From assembly GCA_030324005.1 (NCBI GenBank), contig JARDVH010000193.1, positions 60,948,199 through 61,012,198 on the forward strand: a stretch of 64,000 nt of DNA. The letters are read 5' to 3'. Every line of letters starts with the position of its first letter. Position 1 is the first letter of the stretch. Positions 38,036 to 50,009 of the stretch are shown piece after piece. The notes beneath the pieces were generated by a model that was given only the letters and a program-made list of their open reading frames with translations, did no database searches and was not told the DNA's origin. Position numbers and translations under genes: made by a program. The DNA is from Negaprion brevirostris (taxonomy: Eukaryota).

Positions 38036-38356
38036 GCTCTCGTCAATCGGTGGTGAAAATAACTCAGCTACCTGCGAGCGTGAGCAAAAACAAGGGTGCA
38101 AATGTGTCCTTTCATTGCTCGCTTCCTTTCTTTCAAAACGGTCCAGCTGTGAGTATACAATGGTGGAAAAACGGTGACAACCAATATATACGTACAGAAG
38201 AAAATGGCCGGAAAGTAACAGGATTGAAGACAATATTCAGCGGTTTCCTTCAGATCAACAATGTGACCTTGCAAGACGCAGGGGTATACGATTGCACTGT
38301 CACTCATCGGGGCAGTATTGCTGGTAATGGGGCGGGCTCCAATTTATCTGTCCGAG
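38036..38356 (+). CDS. Gene B exon 2: V-set Ig domain with germline J-like strand
   Basis: ttag|GC..G|gtag, 321 nt. ITQLP..GANVSFHC..WWK..DAGVYDC..GNGAGSNLSVR. Confidence 0.95.
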
Positions 38357-39014
38357 GTAGGTTTGGATGAAATGAGGTTGAGAGATCCATAATGAATAAT
38401 TCGCATGTCAAAGCATGTCTCGATTGTGCGTCGAATATTTTATACTGGTTCCTGGCAAAAGGCTTTGTTACCGTTTAATGGGATTTGGATGTCTCCAGCT
38501 AGGAGAAGATGTATTTGTTCATCCCAATGCCCTTGTGCTCGGCTTTTGATGAAGTTAATTAAGATTGAAACAAATTGCACTGGGTCTTCGTTCTCATATA
38601 GGCCAGAACAAGCAACGATGACAGCAGAGCCGCCGGTTCATTGGCATGCGCAGAATCTGATTGTTTCATATGTATATAATCATGTTGCAATAATTATGAC
38701 AATTGTTTCCTCTAATTGAAATTACAGTTTTCTATCCAGCAGGGGAAAAAAAAAACACATGGAGTCTGCGTGCAGTTCATTTACTACTGCCATTCATTCG
38801 CTGATAATTTGAATTTAGCGTAGCTATTGCCATTGCTTTCATACATCAATTTCTTATGATAAAAGCCCTGCACAGTGGAGATCTATGCACAGCACAAACC
38901 AACGCGATATATTCTGCAAAGCAACACGATGTTGTCGAAAAAAAGGCCGAAACAGCAGAGGGACTGTTAAGCTTTTTCGATGACCAAGCATTTTCCCTTT
39001 CTTTTATTTCATAG

Positions 39015-39326
39015 TTCCACCAACTCCGCTGAAAATTAATTCTCAGTATCCTGAAAATGACGCATCCGCGCCTCCTGCTGTTCTATGCTCAACGTTTCCG
39101 TTTTACCCGAAGAACATCAGTTTCACTTGGTACAAGGATGGCATCAAAGCCACAGGAATGATAAAGACCATAATTGAATCCAAGACTGATGGACTATATG
39201 AAGCTTCTAGTCGATTGCAAGAGACGCAGTCTATCCAGTTAGGAACTATGTACACCTGTCTGGTGACCCACAGCACTCTTCACGTTTCAGCGTCCGTCAT
39301 TCACATTATCACCAATCGCAATACAG
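39015..39326 (+). CDS. Gene B exon 3: C1-set Ig domain
   Basis: catag|TT..G|gtaag, 312 nt. VPPTPLKI..VLCSTFPFYPKNISFTWYKDG..GLYEASS..YTCLVTHSTL. Confidence 0.95.
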
Positions 39327-41447
39327 GTAAGCAGTCTGATAGAGGAATATACCTTCAGAAATCGTGTAATCTAGCATACCCGTGTAGATTCTTTGGAGAA
39401 AAAAAAAGTTTCAGTTGGTCCCACGTCACAGATTTCCTTTAAATTAGTTTGCTTCAAACGTGTCTTCAAATGCCTTTTTTGAAAAATTATAAGTTCATTG
39501 TTCCTAAAATTTCCTGCATCTTCCTAACAATCCGTGGGAAAGCGTTCTTCTCAAATTCCATTTATTTTAGACAAAAGAAAATCAACTTGACTGTGGCTTA
39601 TCTATGCAATTGAAAAAGTATACGTGCATTTGTTCTCCTTCGAAATCAGGTGTAGCACGATTCATTCTTTCAAATTGCATTTACGCTTCCCTGCTGTAAT
39701 GGTAAAAATCATAGTGTCTCATATCTCTCAAAGTAACTAAAGAGGTTCGGCCCTTCCAACGTACTGGGCATTTTTCTCCTATACTTCCTGTGGTGAACTG
39801 GCGATTATTGTGTTTAGTTGTTCAGCAAAGAATTGAGTAATCTCTTAAGTTTGGCATCATATTTTACGTTTTCTGATTTAATACAGCCACTATTTATAAA
39901 ATTCAATTAATTCCAGAATCATCCCTCAGAAACTCACGGTCTTGTCCTGCCACGCCCAAAGACATTTGCATGTGCAGCTTTGCATTTTATTGCTTTTGGC
40001 TGAAAATAATACCTTTTTGGTGATTGGTACACTCCATCACTTTCACCCCAAAAATCTCGTTGTCATTATTATTCGTATTACATTGCACTTATATTTCATC
40101 TGCTCATGTTGGCAATCTTGTACTATTGCCAAGTTTCCAACTGTTGTGCACGCTACATGCCACCATTAATACAATTTTTATGACCCAATAACTGCGAAAT
40201 TGTACTCGATATTTCCTAGTCCGTGTCATTGAGTCTTTGATATCCAGCACTGGGTCTCACAATTATGGCGGCTGAAGACTGGGGTCTTGACATAAAGATG
40301 GTCTTTATAAATGGTTGCTCAGTTTGCAATTACCAATAGCCCACACAAAAAAAAAACTCACACACGCACGCTCTCCCCCTCATTACCCCCACACCGCCCA
40401 GAGAAAACATTAAATCTGGTCTTGATTTAGATAAATTGCAATGTAAATTTGCCAACAATATCTTCCCTCCAAGCACCGTTTTCCCGTAGTCTCATGCTTC
40501 CTCAATGATTCATATCTCTATATTGCTATTATTTTCCAGGAATCTTCCTGCCCCCGACCCACCACATGCCACTCGCCACCCCAACTCTTCCCACCTCACA
40601 CCCCCGCCAATCATCGAAGAATGCCAGGTACCATTTGAATAAGCATGTCTCCAAAATTACAATAGATAAAAATAACATTGCTCAACTAATAACCAATGGA
40701 TCATGAGGAACTTGGTTTTGCAATGTTCCCTGACTATCAATTTTGTACTTGTCTATGGCTATCTCCAAACTTATATTATTCTCCATATTTCAGCCACGGT
40801 CCTCACATTGTCCCGTTTATGGATGAAAACAAAATCTTGCGGGTTCTAGAAATATGAAATGAAAAGTAGCAAATGCAGTATAAATTCACTGGGCCTGGCA
40901 GGATCAGTAGAAAGACGCACAGTTAGCGTCTCGGGTCTAAATAACCCCTCTACAGCATAGTTTTGTCGGATGCTGAGTTGATCCAGCATTTTCCATTTTC
41001 ATGAAATTTATCCTTACATCCGTAATGCACCTGAATGAATTGTAGAAGCATTACGCATGCTTGATTCGTTTAATCATTGTGCTTTCATGAAAGAAGAGTC
41101 TAATTTATTTTCTCAGAGAGCTTGTTCCTATTCATTCTTCAAATGTAAACTTTGAAGACATACACTTCTTTCCTGGAAATGCATACACCAACTGCTATTA
41201 TCATTCTTTCAGGTAGATTTTGCCCACGGTCGACGACATCATAGTTTTTCTCATTTACTTTGTATTTCTTAACAATTTCTATTTTGCTCTATGACGTTGG
41301 TTGACCTATTCACTATCCTTGAGGGTTGTTGCACCACGCTTCCGCCATTGGGTGTCTGTCTGTGCCGGTTACTAAATTTAATAGCCTCCTGATTTGATTT
41401 GGTCTAATTGCAAAAACGGTGCTTCTCCAAACTCACCAAATCACAGC

Positions 41448-41887
41448 GGACACACATTTCCCTCAACCTTTACTCTGAAACTCCGTCTCCTCTCAGCCCT
41501 GCTAAAAGCTGATGCCGATAATGCGACATATCGGCGCAACAGAATAGCAACGCGTGATTTGCCTGCGCTTAACATGACTTTTTTTTCTATTTATCATCAT
41601 CATCTACAGTCTAGAAATCTCTTAGGCATCCAAAAGCAGCTTAACATCTTGCCGACAATTGAAAATTCTCCCTCCGTTTAAGATGTGTGTTACCATTCCT
41701 GTTTTGATGTGCGTTATCTTTCAGTCTGCTACTATCCCTACATTTGAGAACAAGTTATCATTCCCAAAATGTAATCAGTAAAATCCTTATACCAAGTAAA
41801 ACATGCATCATCACGCTGATGCCTCTGGAATTCCAGTGCACAACTCTCTAGTATGTGATATAAAAACAATGGTGCTTCACAAATTTC
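41448..41887. repeat. Second copy of the ~450 bp intronic block (see 29519-29966)
   Basis: Colinear from cacacatttccctcaac to caatggtgcttcacaaatttc. Confidence 0.9.
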
Positions 41888-43599
41888 GTGCAATCCTGTC
41901 CGACGTCAACGGAGAAGGCCGTTCTCCAAGCAGCGCCTGCCCCTCGGAATCGGGGCGGCCGAGCAGGTAAAATTCCGGTGATCGGAAACTGGAATGAACT
42001 GCCGAGGAATGTGATAGAAGGCGGAAAGCATATAATCATTTACATTTTTTTTGGATGAACACTTGAATCATGAGAACACTCAGGGATATTGGACACGTGC
42101 TTGCAAATTGTATTAGCACGAATTTGGTGATGCTTATTGTCGGAGCAGACTCAGTGGACCGAAGTGCATTTTCTGCACTCCACAAGTCTATAATTTTGTG
42201 GCCTGCGTTCGAATCTTATCACAGCAGACGTTCACATTTAAATTAAATAAAACATCACAAATTAAAAATTCTAATGATTACCATAAAACCATTCTCCATT
42301 GTAATGCAATCCCACCTGGTCCAATACTTTAAGGAAGGAAATCTGCCATGCATTGCTGCTGTGGCCTTAACATGATTCCGGAGGCAAAACATTATCGGTG
42401 ACTGTCACATGGCCATCGGCTAATGGTCATTACGGATAGGCAATAAATATCATTCCAGTCAGTGATACACACGTTACGTTATTTAATAATAAAATGCCTT
42501 TTAAAATTTCAGTCATCTTCAGGCGGTTTTCATTAATTGTTCCTGTTGCCGATAATGTAATTCAACCAGCTTCATCAGAGACAATTCCTGCTTTAACATA
42601 TCTTAATACTTCAGCTCTGATAATGGCTCCTCCTAACTCGAAACGTTGGCTCTCCAGACATATTATCAGACCTGCTGAAATTTTCTGGCATTTTCTGTTT
42701 CTGTTTCAGATTCCAACATTCAAATCTTTCAGTTTTATCTGAACATTTCGTCCCTTCTTAACCAATGTTATTCTAGTGGCATTTAGCTGACAAATGACCC
42801 TGTTATCTTTTGCATTACCATATTTCGTTTTACTGACTCATAAATTATCCGACTATTACCATGCAATCTCGCCAGCGTTCCGATCCACCGCCCTCATTAA
42901 TTTGTTACGAACTACTCTTGATATTCCAGGAGTTATTTTGTCCGCACGCTTTTGTAACTGTGGTATGGCATTTCCCATGCCAGTTTTTGTGAAGTTTGTA
43001 TTGCACAGCAGACGTGTCTGAATTCTTTCGACCGTAAATGAAAATTAATTGTTCCAGTCTAAGCTCACCGTACATAGTCCACGGTCTACTGTTTTGCATA
43101 CACCATGCTAGAAATACAAATAGGCTTAAATTTGGGAACTGTTATTAGCCTTTTTTTAAACGAAAACTTCTTCACTCTACGTTAGCGGAAGGAAACCTTT
43201 CCGCCCATTGATACTTGTCAATTTGATATTTCACACAAAGTAAATATTTCAAGTCATCTAATTCAGCCTTGTTTCACCCAGAAGCACAGGGACAACTGAA
43301 ATGCCAATAAGGCCAAGTCACCCTAGCGATAAATGTATTTTTGCACAAATTTTACGAAATCGTCACATAATCGTCAGCTGGTCGGGGGAGCAGTCGATGT
43401 CGAGGTTATGCATCCATTCAATTGACCCGGTTGATGCAGTACGAATGGTTGTGATTCCAACAGGAAGGGATCTGTTAGAGCAGTAATGCAATATGTGGAT
43501 GATGCGTTGACTTGGAGGCCACGGTCACAAGTCAAACACTTCCCTCAACATATATAGTAGTGTTTTTGACCACAACTTCACTCGACAGATCGCTATCAT

Positions 43600-43937
43600 T
43601 ACATAATAACTACAGTGCAGAAACAGGTCATTTGGCCCATCAAATCTGCACCGACCACAATCCCACCCAGGCCGTATCACCATATCCCTAAATATTTACC
43701 CGTTAACCCCTCTAACCTACGCATCTCAGGGCAAGAAGTGGCGATTTTAGCATGGCCAATCAACCTAAACCAGACACCTTCGGACTTTGGGAGAAAACCG
43801 GAGCGTCTGGAGAAAACCTACGCAGGCACGACGAGAATGTGCAAACTCCACACAGACAGTGGCCTAAGCCGGGTATCGAACCCAGGTCACTGGCGCTGCT
43901 AAGCAGTAGTGCTAACCACTGTGCCACCGAGCTGCCC
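43600..43937 (-). mobile_element. tRNA-derived shark SINE
   Basis: cttcggactttgggagaaaaccggagc..gcaaactccacacagacagtgg..gctaaccactgtgccacc. Confidence 0.85.
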
Positions 43938-44229
43938 TGGTGCTAAGGCTGGACTGTTGTTCAGATTTTCTGTGACAGAATCATGCAATTTCGATATAGG
44001 GATTAGGTATCAGAGTGTGATCAGTTGCGTTTGCAATTAAGTCGGAAATAAGAGTTTCAACATTAATCACTTTGCACGCATGGAATATGTTCCGGTATGT
44101 GCCTGCGTGTTTATGTGTGTGAATCGGTGGTAAGAGCACCGTATTTAATACAGGTGCGCGTTTGTTTCCCTCCTCTGCCGATGGGCTCCAGTCCTCTGCT
44201 AATGGGCTTTGTTACTTGACCATGATTTG

Positions 44230-44520
44230 TGTTCCGGCGCGTTGTCACAAACGTGTTGCAACAGACTGATTCCAGGCTATTTTCTCTCAATATTCCGGAA
44301 ATAATCCTCATGACTTCCGTTAATAGTATATTTACGACAGTTGAAATCTCCAGAATCTGGCTGCGTAGCAGTGCGCACTGCCAGGTGAAATAGGATGTGC
44401 GAAGTCGTGTAATCTTCGCACCACAGAGCACCCAGCAGACTTGGTTTTGAGATTCGCATTCGCCTTAATATTTCCATTAGGTTTTCGAGGTGCTGCCAGT
44501 AGTTCAAGAATCACACAAAG
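44230..44520 (-). mobile_element. Ingi/Vingi-like LINE remnant
   Basis: Minus-strand VVNILLTEVMRIISGILR and SAHCYAARFWR resemble Vingi motifs VDVQLNSTMRIISGTLR and YSAAEYCAPVW. Confidence 0.45.
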
Positions 44521-44953
44521 GCATTTTGATCTCGCAGACATGACAAGCTGCGGCATCCCCGAAATGATTAATCCACACACTTTCTTTCTTCATAATATTT
44601 ATGGGTGGCCCTTCTCCCTCAAAGTCGTGGTCATTTGGACATACCGACGATTGGATACTGGGTTTCCAGCCTAGACTACCTTAGAATATCCAAAAAATAC
44701 CCAGCAGGGATGTATTGCCTCTGAAAGCTTATTTCAGGTAAAATGAACTTCAGCCAAAGGGATGCCTATACTATCGCTTCAGCATGCAATCTGAGCAACT
44801 CGATAGCCAAGGGAAGATCATCATGCCGTGTTCTTCAGCTGATCTTCACCAAACACGAAGTGAGCGAAATGCACGGTCATTTATGGCAAATCTTCGCTGT
44901 TAAACTGGACAGAGGAGTGCCTCAGGTTCATATGTTTGATTTCAACTCTGCAG

Positions 44954-45064
44954 GTGGTACCATCACGCATTACTTGCTAATCTCTGCAGCTTCTTGTGGC
45001 GGATTTGTCTCATTGGTGCTGTGCATTATAACTCTGAAGCGGCGTCTGTCAAAGAAAAATAACG
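44954..45064 (+). CDS. Gene B exon 4: transmembrane segment
   Basis: ctgcag|GT..G|gtaag, phase 1/1. GGTITHYLLISAASCGGFVSLVLCIITL followed by the basic stop-transfer KRRLSKK. Confidence 0.9.
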
Positions 45065-45129
45065 GTAAGAAGTAATGTAATCTTTTTAGTCCAAAGAAAA
45101 TGCGTCTAAGAGCTTCTTGCTATGCGTAC

Positions 45130-45330
45130 AAATCATAGAATCATAAAACCCTTAGAACGCTGTGGGAGGTTATTCGGCCTATCGAACCCAAACTAACTAC
45201 AATCCAACTCAGTACTTCTCCCGTCATGCCATATATTTACTCTGCTGATCCTCCTGATACGAAGGGGCACTTAGCATACCTAATCAACCTAACGGGTACA
45301 TCTTTGGACTGAGGGAGGGAACTGGAGCCG
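45130..45330 (-). mobile_element. SINE fragment
   Basis: atcatagaatcata..attcggcctatcga..cctaacgggtacatctttggactgagggaggaactggagc. Confidence 0.65.
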
Positions 45331-45843
45331 ACTTTAACTGAATAGCAAGAACAATAGTTTGTTGCCTCCCAGTGACGGAGACATTGCTCAACATTACAGT
45401 GTAGCCTAGTTTAAAGCAGTGTTGACACTTTGCAATCACCTTCGTCCGCTTCATTTAGGAAGGTATTAACTGTCCATTCATTGTGCATGGCTTCCAACCA
45501 GTGTGAAGCCAGTTTCGACTTTGGAAAGTGTGTCGGAATTTTTGAAACATGCTAAATAATGCGAAGGAACGCGTGGTCCAAATTAGTTTCTATCAAACTA
45601 ATCAATTAACTGTCTTTGGTGTTACTCAACCTGTGTCATCGTGTCCTGAATTTTCCAGTCAATGGCTGATCGTCCACCAGATGCCTAAGAAATCCCCTTC
45701 GCGAAAGCAAAACATGTCAGAAATCAAATAATTCCTTGAAACAAATATTGATGTCTGTGTAATGTTATTATTTTCATTGACGTAACTAGATGTGTCTTTT
45801 TCGGATGCTTAAATGTTTCATTTCAAATGCCATTTGTTTCCAG

Positions 45844-45887
45844 GAGTGCAGAAGTATGCCAAAGGACCCAAATATCCTGATCAGGAG
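45844..45887 (+). CDS. Gene B exon 5: short cytoplasmic exon
   Basis: tttccag|GA..GAG|gtacgt; GVQKYAKGPKYPDQE. Converts phase 1 to the phase 0 required by exon 6. Confidence 0.75.
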
Positions 45888-47410
45888 GTACGTTTGCACA
45901 AACTCAGTCTTAATGCATCTGAATTCAATCTATTGAATGGAATGACAATCATGCTTTACCATATTGCTCCGAGACTTATACAACATAGCACACATTTAAT
46001 TCGGCTCTCATGGAAAGACTACGTGGTAAAAATGGAATGCCAAGTGCCCGAGGCAGCTTAATTATAACAGCAATATTCCAGTCGTTAACACGCTGATTAA
46101 AATACATTACAATGCAGGCAGTATGTCTTTGCTGGTGTACCATATATTCTCATTATTAGAAGCAGGAAGGAAGGAAGAAGTATCAAATTTTAAGAGCAAC
46201 CATTATAGTTTGAGATTTGCATTCAGTGCAAACGTGACCATGCGGCTTTTGGATTTATTCCAAATGTTGCAGAGCTTCACAGAACAATTAATTCACCGTC
46301 CTCAAGGTATATGAACCATTTATAACCGCAGTCAATACCGTCCGCTTGAAGTTCCTTTACAAAGCAGCACAACATGTTTATTCAAGCAGAAATGAAAATT
46401 AATAACGTCTTTTCTGGCCATTCGCATAGGTTCATAATTAACGTAACCATCCTCATAAAGTCACAGGCTGCCGATGCCAGCATTGCAGTCTGGTGATCCA
46501 AATTCTGTCATACTATAACGGTAGCAAAATAAATGCACTGGATAAATCGGCAAAAAAAAAATCATTGCTCCCTTCATTTTCCCACCTCTATTGTCATAGA
46601 ATTCAATTAGGAGTTGGCTTCACGGCACATTCGTCTGCACGCAAATATATTTCATCATTCCAGTGTATACTTTTCAATGTAGTGCAGAAGATGCTATTCA
46701 AGCCATTTCTCTCGGAGTGTGTCTAGCCACCTTGCACCTAGCCCCTCTTGCCTCTGGAAGGACACCCTTGTCAGAGATAGATTGCAAGAGTTATTCACAA
46801 TACCGGTTCGGCTCCTGAAAATATAGTTGTATCAGGCAGTATTGAGAAGATTAGTTCCACATTCTTTACAGTTTAGAAGATAGAGATGATCTTGGTAAAT
46901 TATGTCGTTCTTTACGGACTTGACAGATTTGAAGTGAAGACATGATTCAGTGGCTAGACATCCAAAATACTTGTTCAGTTTATCAGAACAAGTATTGACA
47001 GAATTTTTCCTCAAGTTAAGTATAATTGTGAGCATTCTGTACATTAGAATCTTGGGTGCTCAATTGTTGACTACATTTAGCAAATGCGCCGAACACTGCG
47101 GTAGTACTATGCGGTTAAATGACATAGACATTATGTCAGATTATGAAATGTCAGTTATATCTTATTCAATTCCGTAATCGGCTACAAGAGTCAAATGACT
47201 TACTCCAATGCTTATTTCAACGTTTCTTGTTGTCTTTTAGTAAAACTGTTTTCTAGAGTCTTTGGATGACAGTTGTTTTTTTTTTCATTCTTATCCATAA
47301 TTCTGAATGTTTACACCGTCAGATTCATTTTGAAGCGAAAACATGAAATAAAATCATAGATCTAAGCAAATGTGTATAGACATAGGTGCTTTATCTTTCA
47401 ATCCATGCAG

Positions 47411-47509
47411 GAAGCAACAGATGTGATGACGCCTTATGCTGCACTAAATATGAATAATTTCCGGACGGCACCAAGACTAAAGCAACAAGAAAGGACAGTT
47501 TATGCCCAG
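47411..47509 (+). CDS. Gene B exon 6: cytoplasmic, TPYAAL and TVYAQ motifs
   Basis: atgcag|GAA..CAG|gtagat; EATDVMTPYAALNMNNFRTAPRLKQQERTVYAQ. Confidence 0.85.
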
Positions 47510-48420
47510 GTAGATGTGCAAATAGCAATGCTTAGATGCAATCGAACTGTAATGGTCAGGCTGGGGGTACAGTGATTTTTTTTTTTTGCGTGGGCAGTCA
47601 TCTGAAGATTAAGCAATAGCTTCCGCAATGCCTTGATGGAATGAAGTCCTCTAATTCCTCAACGGGTTTTGCCAGAGAACAATTTTCAGTGTTGTGAATC
47701 TTTGATTGGAGTGCTCCACAGCTGCATTGTTTGTTCCCTGAAATTCACGAGTTGAGCCGATTTGCTGCACAACAGCCCTGTTCATTGCGGAAAATGATGA
47801 GGAGTTGCCAATATTGTCAAAGGGCGGTTAGGTTGTGGGATCTGTGATGGGATTTTTTTTTTTAATTTTGTTGTTTTGGTTCCATTCACGCTCATATAGG
47901 CTTTTTCGTGATATGTCTTGGCATTATGCTATTGGCCTTGGAGGCTGGTGCGAAATGAGAACAATAAATGTATTGGTAATTTCCTTGTGTATCAGCTAAT
48001 TGGACTGATGAAAACCTTCTCAATGAGCCGTTGTGTTACAATATCCCTCTTATCAGAGGTGGAGCGATGTTGATCACGACTGGGAACCAGGGAAGTTTAA
48101 TCGATCGGAATGTAACCAAGTTGATATGCGTTTTTATATTCATCTGGGTATCTTCAAGATTAATAGAGGATGAATTTTCAGCACTGGTGAACAGTACTCT
48201 GTTGTATAATGGAGGATGGCAACGGCTGAGATCCTTAAGATTTGTGCGCCTGCACCCCGTGTCAGCAAACAATTTGGTGAAGAGATTATTTCCAAGTTCA
48301 CTTGAAATGAAATGAAATGCTTTCACTGCTGCCTTGAAGCGCTGTCTATTACAATGTTTTGACGAACATTAGACTTCTAACATATCGAGCTAATGATTTT
48401 TTCTAACAATCTTTATACAG

Positions 48421-48621
48421 ACTAAAGCAATTCCACGGGAAAGTAAGGTGACCTACGCTGCTCTAGCGATGGCAGCTCCAAAGAAAGCAGATAAGGCGAA
48501 TTATAAAGAGAAGAGTACAGTTTACGGTCAGATCCGCATGGAAAAGCAGAGAGCAGACGCTGGTTACAACAAGGAAAGGACGAGTAATATTTTCATTCAA
48601 TGCAGAAGCCTCTGTTATTGA
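48421..48621 (+). CDS. Gene B exon 7: terminal cytoplasmic exon with ITIM VTYAAL and ITSM TVYGQI
   Basis: ctttatacag|ACT; TKAIPRESKVTYAALAMAAPKKADKANYKEKSTVYGQIRMEKQRADAGYNKERTSNIFIQCRSLCY*. Not in the ORF track. Joined CDS is 1137 nt = 378 aa. Confidence 0.85.
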   Translation, partial: TKAIPRESKVTYAALAMAAPKKADKANYKEKSTVYGQIRMEKQRADAGYNKERTSNIFIQCRSLCY

Positions 48622-48704
48622 TACGTATAGAGAAATGCGACAGCTTATGCAAATACCGCGAAATGAGGCAGAGAACGACAGTTCAGTGAAATACTACAAA
48701 CCAC

Positions 48705-48710
48705 AATAAA
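48705..48710 (+). terminator. Candidate polyadenylation signal of gene B
   Basis: First AATAAA after the stop codon; another occurs at 49028-49033. Confidence 0.35.
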
Positions 48711-50009
48711 AAAAAGAAACGACTCTTTCAGTAATTTAGAATCAAAAACTTGCATTTTCAATTACTGCGGATGAATTCTGCTGGTTCAGTGTGAAGTAAA
48801 TCTAATGTAATGACTCCTCATAATGCCAGAAAATCGGGCTACATAACCTTCCACCGTTCTACATTGACATGATAGCCTATATTATTATCTGAAACCTTCT
48901 CTGGTCATTGTATCATTAATCTTATCACTCGAAGTCCAAAGTTTTGTCACTGGCCCAAGGTGGGTTGGGGGAAGGGAGCAGCGTGATTAGGGGCGCAATG
49001 GAAGGAGAACAAATACTGTTGACTTCCAATAAATCACTTACTTTCGGAACTTAATGCGGTAAATATGCTTTAAGGAACTTAACCAACATGAATGCTTATA
49101 TGGAGTGAATTCAGCACATAGTGTCTGAGCTTCTTTTTCCTGATCGATCATTGATGCGTTCGTCAGCTACTCCCAAGATAAAGTATATTTACATTAACAG
49201 TCCGTTTTAACGTTTAATAAATACATGAATTTGGAATTTAAAAATAAAACAATCAATTAGTCGTGCTGTGCTGGACTTCTACGAACTAACCTCAGGACAC
49301 TCAAGTGCAGGTTACGGTCGGTTATTCAAGCTTCATGCATGGAGAGCAGTGCCTCAGTCACCGCAGTTGCAGAGCTCAGACCGAGGAAGAGATTCCGAGT
49401 TCATTTGTCTATATTTAAAATCTCAAACATTGAATATTGTTTAATGTTCAATGTTAAGAGCGTATAGGTTTATTCTTAAACATTTCACCCCAAGCAAGAC
49501 TGTTATTGCCTCCTGACAAGAGATTACCTGGCTTTTCTTGAATCCTCTGATTGAATGTCTGTCCTTCCAACAACTAGCAACCAAGGCCTTGGTGGAAGTT
49601 TCTTGCTGACCTCAGGTCCCTGAGGGAGTTGAAGGGTCACCGCATTATAAGCAATTGACTTGCATATTCTCCCAACTTAACTTTTGTTAAATCTATTCAT
49701 TTTCCCAAACAGGTAGCACATGAAAAGGTAGAGAGAAGTAAGTGATACGAGTTCCATTGAAATGCATAGTTACAGTTTTTTTTAATGGAATGGTTACTCG
49801 AAAGTGACTGTCGAGCATAAATCAGGTCCCAAGTACATTATTTTCGGAACATGTGTTATTGAGAAGATAGAAGATTAGATAATGCACTTAAAATTCAAGT
49901 CTGACAATTCGCCATTACATGCCCGTGATTTTGTTTTACGTTGTTACTACCAACATAATCGGTGTCATTACATCCTAACATGGTATGATTTTCGGAGTTT
50001 TATTGCCCA

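Noticed and set aside
23881-39326. Interpretation as a rearranging Ig light-chain or TCR cluster
   Set aside because: No RSS or separate J segments, no FGXG, no C-terminal interchain Cys, and gene B has a long ITIM/ITSM tail that antigen receptors lack.
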